A stretch of 64,000 nt of DNA from Hypanus sabinus (taxonomy: Eukaryota): positions 143,344,001 to 143,408,000 of the forward strand of contig NC_082712.1 in the NCBI RefSeq assembly GCF_030144855.1, read 5' to 3'. This document shows positions 13,580 to 26,363 of the stretch, piece after piece. Position 1 is the first letter of the stretch, and each line of letters begins with the position of its first letter. The notes beneath the pieces were generated by a model, which worked only from the letters and a program-made list of their open reading frames with translations, was not told where the DNA came from and ran no database searches. The translations under genes and the position numbers were made by a program.

Positions 13580-14485
13580 AAAATCAAAAAACACAGGATA
13601 CAATGTTTTATATCACTTGTGCCAATGGGTCATGAGAACTTGGTCAAGACTGCCTTGATATTGGGAGTGGCACAGTACTGACGCACAGCAGCTTTCAAGT
13701 GGGTATCCTCCTTGCTTGATGTTTCATCGATTAACTCACTACTTCTCCAGAGGGCTCGGCGAAGACCTCTGGTGTCCCAGGGACACCTCCCGTTGCATCT
13801 TCCCACCCTCTTGATGCTACCCTGGAGCCCAGGAGAGGTCCTTTCGCTTGATCCAAATCCAGTGACTGCTTCTCTTTGCTGTTTCTGATGTGGCTCTGAT
13901 GATCTGCCGTGGAATCTGACCATGGATGCCCAGCTCCTTCAGCAACTTAATGGTGTATGTGGCTATAAGTCACCAACAACCCACTTCCACAGGCAAACTT
14001 TGGTCTTCCAGCACCGCCGCTGCCTCAGCTGCTAGATCCGCATTGTGTAATCTCTTGTGCTCCAATGCTTCAGCCACTGAATCCTTCCATGGGACTGTGA
14101 GTTCCACAGTGTAAACAATCTGTAATGACTGGACCAGAGAACCAGGTCTTGCCTGAGGTTGGTGGTGGAATGGTGAGTTGTTTATTGACAGCCACCAGCA
14201 TTGTCCAGTTGCGGGCGATGTTCCTCTGTCCTGTTTCTGGCTTAGCAGGGAGATCAGGTGGACTTTTCTCTCCCTCCTGGATGAATGCCGCTGGTTATTA
14301 GAGCATTAGTCATTCTAGGGTGCAAGGAGTTGGTAGCTGTCCTCTTGGTCTCGATTGCCGTTGCCAGACGCCACGTGTATCTGCCTTGTGTGAGGCTGGT
14401 TTTGCAGCTTGCCAGGGATATGCTTGAGGGTTGCCAGGATCGGGCACAGGGAACAAGTTGGGTCTTCACTGAACCACTGGTGGAG
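13580..14485 (-). mobile_element. HERO/NeSL-type (R2 superfamily) non-LTR retrotransposon 3' fragment
   Basis: Minus strand: CKTSLTQGRYTWR, LRQDLVLWS..IVYTVELTVPWKD, PVEVGC, WIWIKRKD (CCHC region plus restriction-like endonuclease). Confidence 0.8.
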
Positions 14486-14769
14486 GTTTACAAGTATACA
14501 GTATTAAGAGCCAAGGAATAACTGAGGAGAGAAGGGAGCTCGTAAACGGCAAATGTGGTCTTTTGTGGATGCATAGGACATAGGTGAAGTGTGAAGTTAG
14601 GTGTGAGAGGAAGCTGCTGATGTGGGTACAATTACAGTGCCTAAAAGATATTTGAACAGGTGTACCTCAGTTCACACAACACTAGCTGAATATTTGTCTC
14701 CTACCTGCATCCTCTCATACTATTGACCATCTACTGATCAATAAGCCTCATAAACAAAGTGGTCAAGGA

Positions 14770-15030
14770 AATTCAAAGTAAATTTATTGTCAAAGTATGA
14801 TCTGTCACCACATTCTACTTTGAGATTCATTTTTCCTACAGCAATACACATTATAAAGCAATACAATAGAATTTATTAAAATCTACACACACAAAACTGA
14901 TAAACAACCATCGTACACAATATTTTTTAAATAAACTAATGATACAAAGAACATGAATTTGTAGAGACCTTGAAGATGAATCTGTAGGTTGGGGAATCAG
15001 TTCTGGTGAGTGAAGTTATCCACTGATTAC
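14770..15030 (-). mobile_element. Rex1/Babar-like LINE 3' UTR fragment
   Basis: Similar to 49470-49800. Confidence 0.55.
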
Positions 15031-15139
15031 TGAAATTTGTAAGATAATATTTTCTTAAGTCACTCGAGATTTTATTTGCTGTTGTACATGAGGACTGAGT
15101 CCCTACAACCTGGCGGTTTGAGACAAATGACAGGGAGGG

Positions 15140-15291
15140 TATTACTGAGCATGCGCTCGTCGCTCCTGCTGCATTTCGGGAAGTATAACTGTGATTGGCG
15201 TGCGGGAAGGGGCGGGCCTTCGCCGGACGGATCACAGGCCGGGGCGCGCTTCCCGCCATCGAGTCTTGTGAATGGGACGGAGTGTAGCAAA
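15140..15291 (+). promoter_or_regulatory. AKIP1: AKIP1 CpG-island promoter and probable non-coding exon 1 (donor after 15291)
   Basis: Local CpG cluster. NRF1-like GAGCATGCGC at about 15147, ZNF143/SBS-like motif on the minus strand at 15170-15190, reverse CCAAT at about 15194, GC box at about 15210, E2F-like TTCCCGCC at about 15250, donor AA|gtaagg. Confidence 0.7.
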
Positions 15292-16519
15292 GTAAGGAAA
15301 TGTCACATTGTTGCATCGGTTGTACAAACCGCGCGGCGCTGCCCCGCCCTGGGGAAGCAACGAGACGTTGAGTCGATCAAGATGAAGTTGTCCAAGCGTA
15401 TCTTAAATATTATAAACAGAAAGGCGTATAAGAAAAATGAAATTGGTGCTAGTCGGCCGGTTATTATCGCCTATCCCCACAGGCCAGGTCTAGTAGTTGT
15501 CAATGTGAATTACCTTCTTACTTAAGATAAATGTTTGGTTAAAGTGGACGGCTGCTATTCATGTAGTCGGTAAACAGGCTACAACTGTCAGGGTGAGGGT
15601 GGTTTCATTATACTAGTCAGTTTTGGCTGCGTGTTGTAATCCCGGCAACTTTATATGCTGCCTAGCCTGCTGTGTTCTACCAGCATTTTGTGTGTGGTGT
15701 TGTTTGAATTTCCAGCATCTGCAGATTTCCTCGTGTTTGAACTTTAATTTTTTTTTGTGTTTAAGAAAGTGTATCCACAATTTATTAACCAAAAAGTTCT
15801 GAACTTGTTTAATTATCGGGCTCTGCACCAAACTGCATTCAGTACAAATAATTATCAACGTCCATTGATGTACTTCCAGTGATTCGGATAATATGGTTAC
15901 AGAAATTGAAACAAGCTGAATGTTGTTTCTTGTTAAGCAGACGAAGAGCGAAAATCGCCAGTAAAATTAGGTGAACGTTGCAGTAGAAGCCTTCCCGTTA
16001 ACCCAAGGGAATGTCACCTGTGTTTAAGGAATGACCCCGTGCTGTTACGTTCTGCCCTAACGGTTTATGAAGCAGAAGCTCCTGCTGCACAGGAAACGCT
16101 GAATCATTAGGAAAGCAGATGGTGTGGAGGCTTGTTAAAATGTTTTTCATATTATAGAGTCCTGAAAGGGAGAATGAGGGTCTGTACATAAATAGGTGAG
16201 ACAAAGCTCCTCGAGCTTTTACTGTCAGATCAGGCCTGGCCTGGACAGCATTTCCCTTTTCCTATCCTTACTGTTTGTCCCCCTTCTGGTCAGTCTCTAC
16301 CTTGAATATAGTGAGAGACTCACCTCCAGTGTTCTCTGGGAGAGAATTCTGAGATGCACAGCTCAACGACAGAAGTTCCTAGTCTGCTGTCTCGTGCAGG
16401 AAAATAACGACTGAGGAAAACAAGACTACATGGGAAAACTTCATGGGCAGTGTTCTAGCTGGAAGAAGGAATGTCAACTAACTAGTCAAGAGTGCTTCAA
16501 CAATCCGTGCATGTTATTC

Positions 16520-17720
16520 AGAGTCACTTTACTGCCAGTATGTGAAAAATAAGAATTGATTGTGGTTCAGTGCTAAGCTTAAAACACAGGACAATAACAA
16601 CCAACAATTTACAAGACAATAGTGCAAACAGACATGAGCAATCCGCAATGAGCTCAAATGTCAATAATCATACTTAAATATGAACAGTCTAAATGGTTAG
16701 TAACAGAGCAAGGAGAACAGGAGAGTCCATGTAACGGATGCTGTGTAGGGACAGTTGGGTATTACACCTGAGTGAGTTGTTGAGAAGCAGGAAAGAAGCT
16801 TTGGTGATGATGTGTAGTCCTGGTGGTGATGGAATTGTAGTGTCTCCCTGATGGCAATTTGGTGAACGATAGGGTGGGTGGACGCTGCAGTAATTTTCCA
16901 GGTCTTTGCCCTGACAAGGAACAGGTTCTTTAATGTCAGTAGCTGATAGCCAATGATCTTCTTCATTGAGTAGACCATTCACTGCAACTTGGATTTGGAG
17001 AGTGAGAAAGCAGCGGGAAACCAAATGGTGATAGAGGTGGTTATAACACTCTCAATGATGGCTGAGTAAAAATTCATCAGGATACACTCTGAGATGTTAA
17101 GTTTCCTAAGCTGGCGAAGGAAGAACAATCTCTGCTGGGCTTTCCTAGTGATGAACACAACATGCTTGTCCCACTTCAATGTGTTGGTAATGGTTAGTCC
17201 CCAGGAATTTGACTTGATCACAGACGTCATCTGATCATTAATGTTGAAGGGGGGAAGCAGGTAGGGAGTTGTTGGCAGAAGTCGACTCTCATTTCCACTG
17301 TCTTGATAGCATGAAGCTCCAGGTTGTTATGAACACACCACGTTGCAAGATGGTCCAGCTCTCTTTGATAACAGGTCACATCATTATTGGAGATGAGACC
17401 AACAGCAGTTGTGCCATCCCCAAACTTGAGGATTTTAATGGATTTGTCTATGGAGGTACAGTCATTTGTATAAAGTGAGAACAGGAGGAGTAAAAGAGGG
17501 GAGAGCCTGTGCTTAATCACAAGTAGGAGCCCGACCTTGCATATTGTTTCTTTCCTGTCAGGAAGTTCGTAATCCATTGACAGATAGTTTGCTGTGGAGC
17601 TTGAAACAATTATGTTGAAGGTGGAGCTAAAACCCACAAACAAGATCCTCACGTAAGTATTGCAGAGTCCAAATGTTGAAGAATGTAATTAAGATTACAT
17701 TCTTCACTACATTCTTCAAC
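16520..17720 (-). mobile_element. Rex1/Babar-clade LINE RT fragment
   Basis: LFSLYTNDC, ILKFGDGTT, WCVHNNLEL..KTVEM.VDF, KAQQRLFFLRQLRK, FYSAIIESV. Confidence 0.85.
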
Positions 17721-18433
17721 ATTTGAGACTGGATAATGCTCCATCTGTGACATGCAGATAGAGAGACCAAACATCCCTTCACTGTGTTATTTCTGATCTA
17801 TGTGTCTTTCCTACACTGGATGAAGCTGCAAACTGCCTATCCAAGGAATGTTTTTTTTATATCTGGTCAAGGAATTAAACCAGATTGATTCCATGTCTTA
17901 TGAGAAATCAAGCAGATTGAGCCTACACTTTTCTGTTTGGAAGTAGTTCAGACACCTCTCATTACAGAATTTTTCCACATCTTATTTGGGTAGGTGTAGG
18001 TTTGATATTTCCCTTTGCTGGGGTATCTAGACCAGGTTCTCCATCTCAAGGAATTGACGAGGAGATGTCTTCATCCTAGGGTAATTAATCTGTGGAATTC
18101 CACTAAGTCCATGATACATTCATTACATATAGGTCTTTGGATATCAGGGAAATGGGATTATGACAGAAATATGGCATTGAGGTAAGCTATTAGGCATGAT
18201 TGAATCGCATGGAGGAGCAGACACAAGTGGTCCACTCTTTTTATTATCTCTTACACAGAATTGTCTAAGGACTGGAAGTACTCAACAGTTCTAGAAGTTG
18301 TAAGGGATTTGGTACATCTTGTAAAGGATTATGGAGAATTATTTGACAAAGCAATGGAAAGTGTGGAAGTAGTTGTTAATGTCTTTTTGTTTGGCAGAAT
18401 CAAGTTTAAGCAATCTCTGAGGATTACTTCAGC

Positions 18434-18580
18434 ATGGAACATGACACTTGCCAACTCCAAAGTGCTTTGAGACGATCATCACGGCTTGGGCAGGAGGTTC
18501 TCCAACGTGCTCAGAAGAGAGTTCATTGGTCACTGGACAGGTCAGGGAGAAGTGCAGAGTCGTCCGTTCAGACAGATGAG
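18434..18580 (+). CDS. AKIP1: AKIP1 coding exon 1 (exon starts 18398, ATG at 18434)
   Basis: Acceptor tttttgtttggcag ends at 18397; donor GAG|gtaaaa; 49 codons. Confidence 0.9.
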
Positions 18581-21500
18581 GTAAAAGTGCAACTCTTCCG
18601 AAGCAAGTGTTGAGTTCTTGCATATAATTTTAAAATGTCATTACCAGTGAAACTAAACTTATAAGAAGTGAAAATATCTGCTCTGTCATTTCCAGCAGGA
18701 TTTGAGATGAAAAGGTGGAATAAAATGTGTGTTTTTAACTCTGAATTCAACAGAGGCAAATGAGGATAGGGACATCTTCAGCAGCATGAGAGGGAATTTG
18801 TGAAAGTAGCATAATCACAAATCTTAACGTTAGGGTGAAATGAGATGGGGTGTGAGGAAGAACATAACTTTTAATAAAGTGCTGGAAAAAAGATTTTGTG
18901 TTAAAGAACAGTCTATCATATCAATGAAATAGTTCATTTTTGGGAAAAAAATTAATCAATGAAAATATTTCAGGCACAGAAGGACCAGTATGAATTATAT
19001 TCCAAATATTCTGCAATTGTAGAAAAACTGTTTATAACCAATGGAAATAACTTCAGATAGATACTTTATTCATCCCCAAGGGGAAATTCAACATTTTTTC
19101 CAGTGTCCCATACACTTATTGTAGCAAAACTAATTACATACAGTATTTAATTCAGTATAAATATGATATGCATCTAAAATCACCCTCCCAAAAAGCATTA
19201 ATAAATAGCTTTTAAAAAGTTCTTAAATAGTTTACTAAAGTGCGTTGAGTGGTAACTTAAGCTCAGTCCTAACCCTGGCACTTTAACATGTCTTGCCCCG
19301 GTGGTTGAATTGTAGAGCCGAATGGCGTTGGGGAGTAATGATCTCTTCATCCTGTCTGAGGAGCATTGCATTGACAGCAACCTGCCGCTGAAGCTGCTTC
19401 TCTGTCTCTGGATGGTGCTGTGCAGAGGATAATAACTTTAAAGAATTGACAGCTTGGAAATACGTTGGTCAGTCAAATTATTTGTTGATGTACAGTCAGC
19501 CCTTCTTATCCGCGGGTTCTGCATGCGTGGATTCAACCAACTGCAGATCAGGAAAACCCGGAAGTTCTCTNNNNNNNNNNNNNNNNNNNNNNNNNNNNNN
19601 NNNNNNNNNNNNNNNNNNNNNNNNNNNNNNNNNNNNNNNNNNNNNNNNNNNNNNNNNNNNNNNNNNNNNNNNNNNNNNNNNNNNNNNNNNNNNNNNNNNN
19701 NNNNNNNNNNNNNNNNNNNNNNNNNNNNNNNNNNNNATGGGAAAAACAAATAGAAGTTCTCTAAGTCGTAACAGGTACATCAGTATTATCGAGTGTCAGT
19801 CAAACGTTTGTCTTAGTATATAGTATATATTTTACCTTTCTATGTTTATAAAACACTTAAACATATGTATTTCAATAATTAAATCACTGTGTTGCTTAGT
19901 AATAATTGTAGTTTTCATCGGGGAAGGGCCTTCACATGCTCCATTATTCTCCCTTTATCCTTTAAAATTGTTCCGATCGTTAACCAACTGTAGCCTAACG
20001 CTTTTCCAATGACCGATGGCATTTCACCTCTTTCCAGTCGCTTTATTATTTCCACTTTATTTTCAATCATGATTGTTTTCTGGAACAGAAACACTGTGGG
20101 CAGCGGGTCCTGAGCTCTGCTGGGTCCTAAAGTCCACCGACTTGAGCATCCACATTTTTTGGTATCTGGGGGGGGGCGGGGGGGGGGGGAACCAATCCCC
20201 CGTAGATAAGGAGAGCCGACTGTTTATCGTTCATATGGGATTTAATCCTACGTCCTGCTCTATTTTCTTAACATTTTATTGGGCAAAATGAACATGAACT
20301 CTGCTACAGACACCACCTCAGCTCCTCTAACCTACAGAGTCCTGTGCTCCAACCATCTTGCATTTAAGCTTAAACACCTTATTAAGAAATGAGAACTTTA
20401 CTATGTAATCTGAACAATTTAGAACAGGCAGGAAGATGGCTGTAAAATAGCATCATTAAAGTTCATTTCTCAGATTAAGGAATGACATTCCAAAAGGATT
20501 GCTACTGGGGCCACTATTATTTACTACTTGTATAAACAATTTTTATCTAGAAATCAGAAGGAGGAAACAATGCAATTGAGAATGTGATAATTCAAAAGCA
20601 ATGATGCAACCAAATATAAAGGATAAATGTATAATTGGGTTTATAACTGCCATATTAATTGTTTAGAAAAGTATGTAGTAGGAAGAAAAAGACTAATAGT
20701 CCTCGGAAAATCTGTCAGCGTCTCTAACTGTTGGTAAATACAACCCACTGTGATTCTGATGCTGTCTCTTTGTCAGGGTGGAACAGAGTGCCCTGACATC
20801 AATGAAGCCTTTGCTTCCCTTCTGCATTGCATGGCTTATACCACAAGGCACTGTAAGGTAAGCCGTAATGATCTTTGTTTTTCTTCACTGCACTTTTTTA
20901 CATTTTCTACATTTTTACAATCTAAAAAATATTGAGATTTGAGGTGCAGAGAGTATAGCTTGAAAATCACTTAGTTATTGGTTGTCAAAATAACAAGCTC
21001 ATATTTAAGGTTAAAATACTAATTGGTACATTTGAATCGCAAAGGCCACATGATTTGTCAGCATTAGGATATGTTTGTTACAGTTGAAGTAGATTTAAAC
21101 AAAAATGGGAAATTTTGAAGAAATGGCCTTCCCCCATTTTTAAAGAAAAAAGTAAAGATGCAAGTCTGAAATCTGCATAGAGGGTGAACTATCAGAGAAA
21201 CATTGCTTGTAAAACACTGGGAGCGTGTAGGAAATGAAAAGCGATAATAAGGCTTTGACTAAGAAGCATCATTTATAAATCAGGATAATTTAGTCACGAC
21301 TCAAGCACGAAAATATCCAGTGCCTTTTTGAAGTTAAACTGCAATTGTGTACTTTCTGTGTAGAGGTAGTGCACTTTAGGCATGTTCTAAATATATTATT
21401 TGTCAATTATTATTGGAAGACTCTTCAAATTACTAATGCTTAGACTAGTGTTGTACGTATTAGTCAAATGAATTAATGACCAATTGATTCATTTTTTGGA

Positions 21501-23542
21501 GGAAATGAATGCAAGTGAAGTCTAAATCAATGTAATTAAAATTAGAATAAATCTGTAACATTTAATTTGCAGCATTATTATGGAGGTGTACCAATATGTC
21601 AAAGAGATGAAATGGAGGAAAATCATATCCAACGCTACCACACAGATCTGAAATGCCATAAGTGTTCAAACTACAAAGCTCCTGTAAGTGTGTTACCCAA
21701 GTAGAGATCTGGAATGACCACAGGTTGTGAAGCAATTATAATGCAGTTTCAAAACGAACCTACGCTAGTTCTTGGCTCAGTTTTAATAAAGAAAATGTTA
21801 AAAGGACAAATGCAATTGTTGGTAACTTGAAATCAAAATGTAAGTTTTGAAAGTATGCAGGTCAGACAATATGGTAAAGAGAAAGACCAATTGCAAATAC
21901 AGTTTGAGATCCTGGCAAATTTTCTGCAGAAAATGTTACTTTCCCCCGACGTTTGAGTCACTTGCTGTGAACCCAGTGTTTTGTTTTATACTGTATTTGT
22001 TCTCCTGGTTTTTAGACTAGTAGTTGAACAATTATAAACTAATTAAATTTCAAGGGCAATTACATTTGTTGTTTAACAGGAACTAGATCTTAGAGTGCAC
22101 TTAGGTTTCCCCCGCTATCCGAAAGTAAAGTGTTCCTATGAAACCTTTCGTAAGCCAAAATAGCGTAAAGCGAAGAAGTAATTACCATTAATTTATATGG
22201 AAAATTTTTGAGCATTCCCAGACGCAAAAAATAACCTACCAAATCCTACCAAATAACACATAAAACCTAAAATAACACAAACATATAGGAAAAGCAGGAA
22301 TGATATCATAAATACACAGCCTATATAAAGTAGAAATAATATGTACAGTGTAGTTCCACTTACCAGATTTGGGAAGACAGCGAGCACACTGGAAGGTTGA
22401 GAGGTGGTGATGATGGTGTGTTAGACTGAGTCGTCAGAGGTTGGGGTGGTGGGAGGAACAGGAGACAGGGTTGTAGGAGAGAGAGGAAGAGGCAACTAAA
22501 AGAGACCACTTTGCTACTAGCAGAACCAATAGTAATATCGGGAGCTTTCAAGATTCTTTTTCTCTGTGTGTAAATAGTACAAATGGTGAATGCAGGCAAG
22601 TTCAGTGTACACACAATGTCTTTATTTTGTTCACCACGATCGAAACTCCTAATTACATCCAGTTTTCGCTAAGCGTAACACCCTTACGAGTTCTCTTGGA
22701 CTTTTCTGATACCTTAGGACACAACTTGCTAACGGATGCACAAAATAAATCGAGATAAAGCACAGATGCTCACAGGGACGTTTCTAAGCTGTGGCGGCTT
22801 GATTCTGAGTGTAGTTCCGGGGAAGGAGCTTGGTGACGCCACTCTCGTTGCTCGGGGTGCGCGCTGCCTCTATAACAGCTCACTGCAAAACAAACGCTGA
22901 ATGCTATTTTTGCTTTTCGCCTTTCTTCATAAAAGCGAAAATCCTCTTTGGATTTCTTTTGGTTAGCGAAAACAGGTACTAGTATAGGTCTTTCGTAAAA
23001 GCGAAGCGAACGGATACCTGCATAGCCAAATACCAAGAATCTCAGCTGCACATTTTTGATGTCTCAGGTGGTAAACAAATTCTTAAACCTCTAATATTGT
23101 GGCCAGGAGCTGTAAGATCATTAAGAGGCACTGAAGGACTCATTGCCATGTCTTCAAAATTCAAATAAATTCTAAAGACCCAGTAAAGAATCTTAAGTCC
23201 AGTTTGAAGTTCTCACTGCAAGATTTCTGGTCCCTCAGGAACAGAAGGCTTGTGTGCAAGCTGGCAGATGATCCTGGTATAGCAGTTGACCTGGCAAACT
23301 GAGTATGAATAGTATTTTTAGCAAAAGGTATGTTTTGTTTTAAGACAAACTAATTTAGCATGATCCATTAATGACAGTTCTCTTTATTTTAATAACAGAT
23401 TAGAAGTAATGACAAGGTTCACATACAAGTGGCCCCAGGTTCGTATGCAGTGACAGCAAAATCAAGATCATCTCCCAGAGAACAGACGCGAGTCATACAC
23501 TTGGGACCAGATCAAACCATAGATCTTATTTTTAATGTATGA
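18434..23542 (+). CDS. AKIP1: A-kinase-interacting protein 1, spliced CDS join(18434..18580,20777..20857,21573..21683,23399..23542), 160 aa
   Basis: Four GT-AG exons, all phase 0, translate to [32 protein letters not shown]...[24 protein letters not shown]...HIQRYH...[16 protein letters not shown]...QTIDLIFNV*. These match recalled human AKIP1 motifs (SLQRSARLALEVLERAKRR, FMDYTTSQCGKYY, LYIEVYPGTYSVT, QSVDLVFPV). Synteny with C11orf16 and ASCL3 agrees. Confidence 0.92.
19053..19430 (-). mobile_element. Rex1/Babar-like LINE 3' end
   Basis: [20 protein letters not shown] followed by a 3' UTR and short ATCT-type tail. Confidence 0.7.
19493..20222. mobile_element. MER2/Tigger-like MITE spanning the assembly gap
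   Basis: TIRs CAGTCAGCCCTTCTTATC / GATAAGGAGAGCCGACTG, TA at the left end. Confidence 0.8.
19571..19736. other. Assembly gap (166 N)
   Basis: Run of n. Confidence 1.
20777..20857 (+). CDS. AKIP1: AKIP1 coding exon 2
   Basis: ctctttgtcag|GGT...AAG|gtaagc; [27 protein letters not shown]. Confidence 0.92.
21573..21683 (+). CDS. AKIP1: AKIP1 coding exon 3
   Basis: tttaatttgcag|CAT...CCT|gtaagt; [37 protein letters not shown]. Confidence 0.9.
22102..23020 (-). mobile_element. Internally deleted Tigger/pogo transposon
   Basis: Same ends as 410-927. The minus strand retains a CENP-B-like HTH: [42 protein letters not shown]. Confidence 0.85.
23399..23542 (+). CDS. AKIP1: AKIP1 last coding exon
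   Basis: tttattttaataacag|ATT...TGA; [47 protein letters not shown]; AATAAA downstream at 23822 and 23934. Confidence 0.92.
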   Translation: MRSNDKVHIQVAPGSYAVTAKSRSSPREQTRVIHLGPDQTIDLIFNV

Positions 23543-25654
23543 ACTGTAAGGAGCACAGGATTGCAAAAGTAATACCCAATAGCTCTTTTTCAGGGGAAGT
23601 TTGTATTTTCAGTATCAATGCAATCATTCTCAGGCTTGTCTTATTAAAATGCTGTTTCCTTACGGACAGTTGAAAATTATGAAGTAACTATTTCTGAAAT
23701 ACCATGCTGCCTAATGCACTTGAATACAATAATTTTAGAACAACTGAATCATATTCTTTTGGAATTATTTTTATATGTAACAAATTTTATTGAGCATGCG
23801 TACAAATTTAGTGTATGCATAAATAAATGGGTTGATTTCTAATGTGCTTTATTAAAATGTCTAACTACATCCATTATCAGTTCAATATGATAAACAGTAA
23901 AATCTAGTAGTATTAGATCTTGGAAAATTTCATAATAAATGATCCATGAATAATCTTTCTGCCTCTACTTTCCATTGAAAGAATCTAATATCGCTACTTC
24001 AAACATTTAACTCATTTTTTTAAAAAAATTCAATATTAGTCTTTATAGGATGGGATTAAAATATAATGCATTCTTCAAAGGTTAATTATATATTTGCAAA
24101 ATGACTAGGCTACAATTCAAACAAGATTATTGATTTTACGGCAGCCACGACGCAAGGCAACCTGATGTCATCTTAATTGGAAGAAGTGTTCCCTGGTGAC
24201 ACACAAAGACACAGGGGGTCAAAGACTCAGATTTGGAACAGTAATCAAAAGTTTGATCAGAGAGGTAGCTTTTAAGCCAATAAAGAAGAAGAGATTGAAG
24301 AGTATAGAGGACCAATGCTACAACATGGCACTCAGATTTTTAAAGAGCTTTTCTGAAGGTTTACAAACTGATGGTTGGGGTAGCTGAGGGGAGATCAAAC
24401 TGCAATATTAAAACATAAAGAAATGGCAAATAGAAGGTAGAACTCAAAGATGGACATGATAGAATGAGTTGATGGAACTTGAGGAAGATTGGGGCTCTGG
24501 AACTCGCCATTTGACAGAGTGGTTGAGGCAAAAACATTCATTTTAAAAGATACTTGCAGTGATATATGGCATGCTAACCCCTCAACAATACAGGCTAAGA
24601 AATAGATTAATTGCAGTGACTTGGCTGCATGAACAAGAAAGGCTAAATATTGGAACCCTGTGCAGTAATTCCTTAAAATTCAGTGAGACCTATTCCAAGA
24701 AGGAAGAGGAAGGAGGAGAAACTTGCATTTACACTTTTTCTTTCAGAGTATCTTAAATGTACTTCATTGGCAATGAAGTTGAATAGTAGTCACAGTTGTA
24801 ATGTAGGAAATGTGGTAGCTCCCCCAAACAATATTGAGATAATTATCATAGATTTAATTGCTTTGAGATGTAAAAAAAAAAGCAGTACTTCTATTCTCCC
24901 CCTTCAAAATGGTGCTAGAGAGCCTTCCTAAAACATCAGCAAAGTACCTCTGACGATGTAGTACTCAGTATGACAGTATCAGTCTAATTTCTTATGCTAA
25001 AGACTTCAAATTAGGACTGAAGGTCAGAATCTCCTGACTTTGATGAAGAGAGGTACCAGTTTAAATTGTGCAAAAGTCACAAGTTATTAAAAGAACTAAT
25101 GTTTATGTGGATTAAATTATCTATTAAATGCTACTTGCAAATGTGAATGTTGCAAGTGATGTTGACTATTTCAAACACAGCTGATATAATTGAAACACAA
25201 TAACTGGACTTCAAGAACAGAAACACTTTTTGATTAATTGGCTGATTTCCATCTTAAATGCATCCAGCAAGTAGGCTATAATATGAAAATACCATGATCC
25301 TTACTCTTACGTGGCTCATTTGAGTGTGGGGCTGTCATTCAAATGAAAACATCTTTTTTTAAATATATCTACATTCCAATTTATTACATTTCCAAAGGAA
25401 TGGGGGACATTTTAAGCTTTGCCCACTTGATCCTGGAGTACTTGTTACTGTTTCATACCAAAAGCATTACAACAGCCTCCAACTGGGACTAGCCAATGAG
25501 GACAGCAACAATAATAGATATTATCTCAGGCATTTAAAAAGGGGGAAAGAATTAATAGAAAAAAGTAGTAACAGATTAAAAAGTATATATACATTCTTTT
25601 TTAAATCTACTATTATACGTATGCCTCAGTCGAATTTTCATGGAAACAATCTAA

Positions 25655-26345
25655 AAGGTATAATAAAACAAACTACCATTTAACTGAGTAACAAATTACA
25701 TACTTAAATGAAACATGGAACAAATTAGAACACGACTAATACTACTACAGCACTATAAAACCATGTATTAATTCCTAATTGTTATTGACAGATGAATTCA
25801 TCCAGAGTATGTTGGTGTATTTGTTTGACTGTAAATGAACAAAATCAGTGCAGACACCTACTGTAGATAATGGACTGCCTTCATACAATACTTTCAGCAA
25901 TTGTATCCTCCAAACCTTCATTTTCATTGTAGTGTTCAAGATTGTTGACAACTTTAAATTCCTCATAGTTTAGTAGTGAAATCATTTCATTTACACTGAG
26001 GCTTTTTCTAGCATCTCCTAACCTGAATGTGCAAAACAGTTCTGAATTTTCTTACTGCTTACTTCTCACCAACTATCAGTAACAAAAACACTGCTTTTTG
26101 AACACAAAGGCATGCAACTGAGCTATTTAAAAATTGTGTAATGACCAATAGCCACACAATTGTATGTGTCTGATGTTGGTTAGAAATTGTTCAGCAACAA
26201 TCTCCTTCCCTAATTAAATAGCAAAGTGTTCCAAATAAACAGAGAATTTCTCAATTAGTTTTTGATCTTTAAGATTTGTCCCAAATAAGTGGCTACCTTG
26301 ATGCCTCAATTTACTGATGGCCCAGTCAATCAGAATCCACAATGG
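25655..26345. mobile_element. Decayed Tigger-like DNA transposon fragment
   Basis: Terminal GTCCCAAATAAGTGGC...CAATCAGAATCCAC resembles Tigger-type ends. Confidence 0.45.
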
Positions 26346-26363
26346 ATACATTATACATGTGTA

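Noticed and set aside
19438-19823. ORFs spanning the N run
   Set aside because: Artefacts of the assembly gap inside a MITE.
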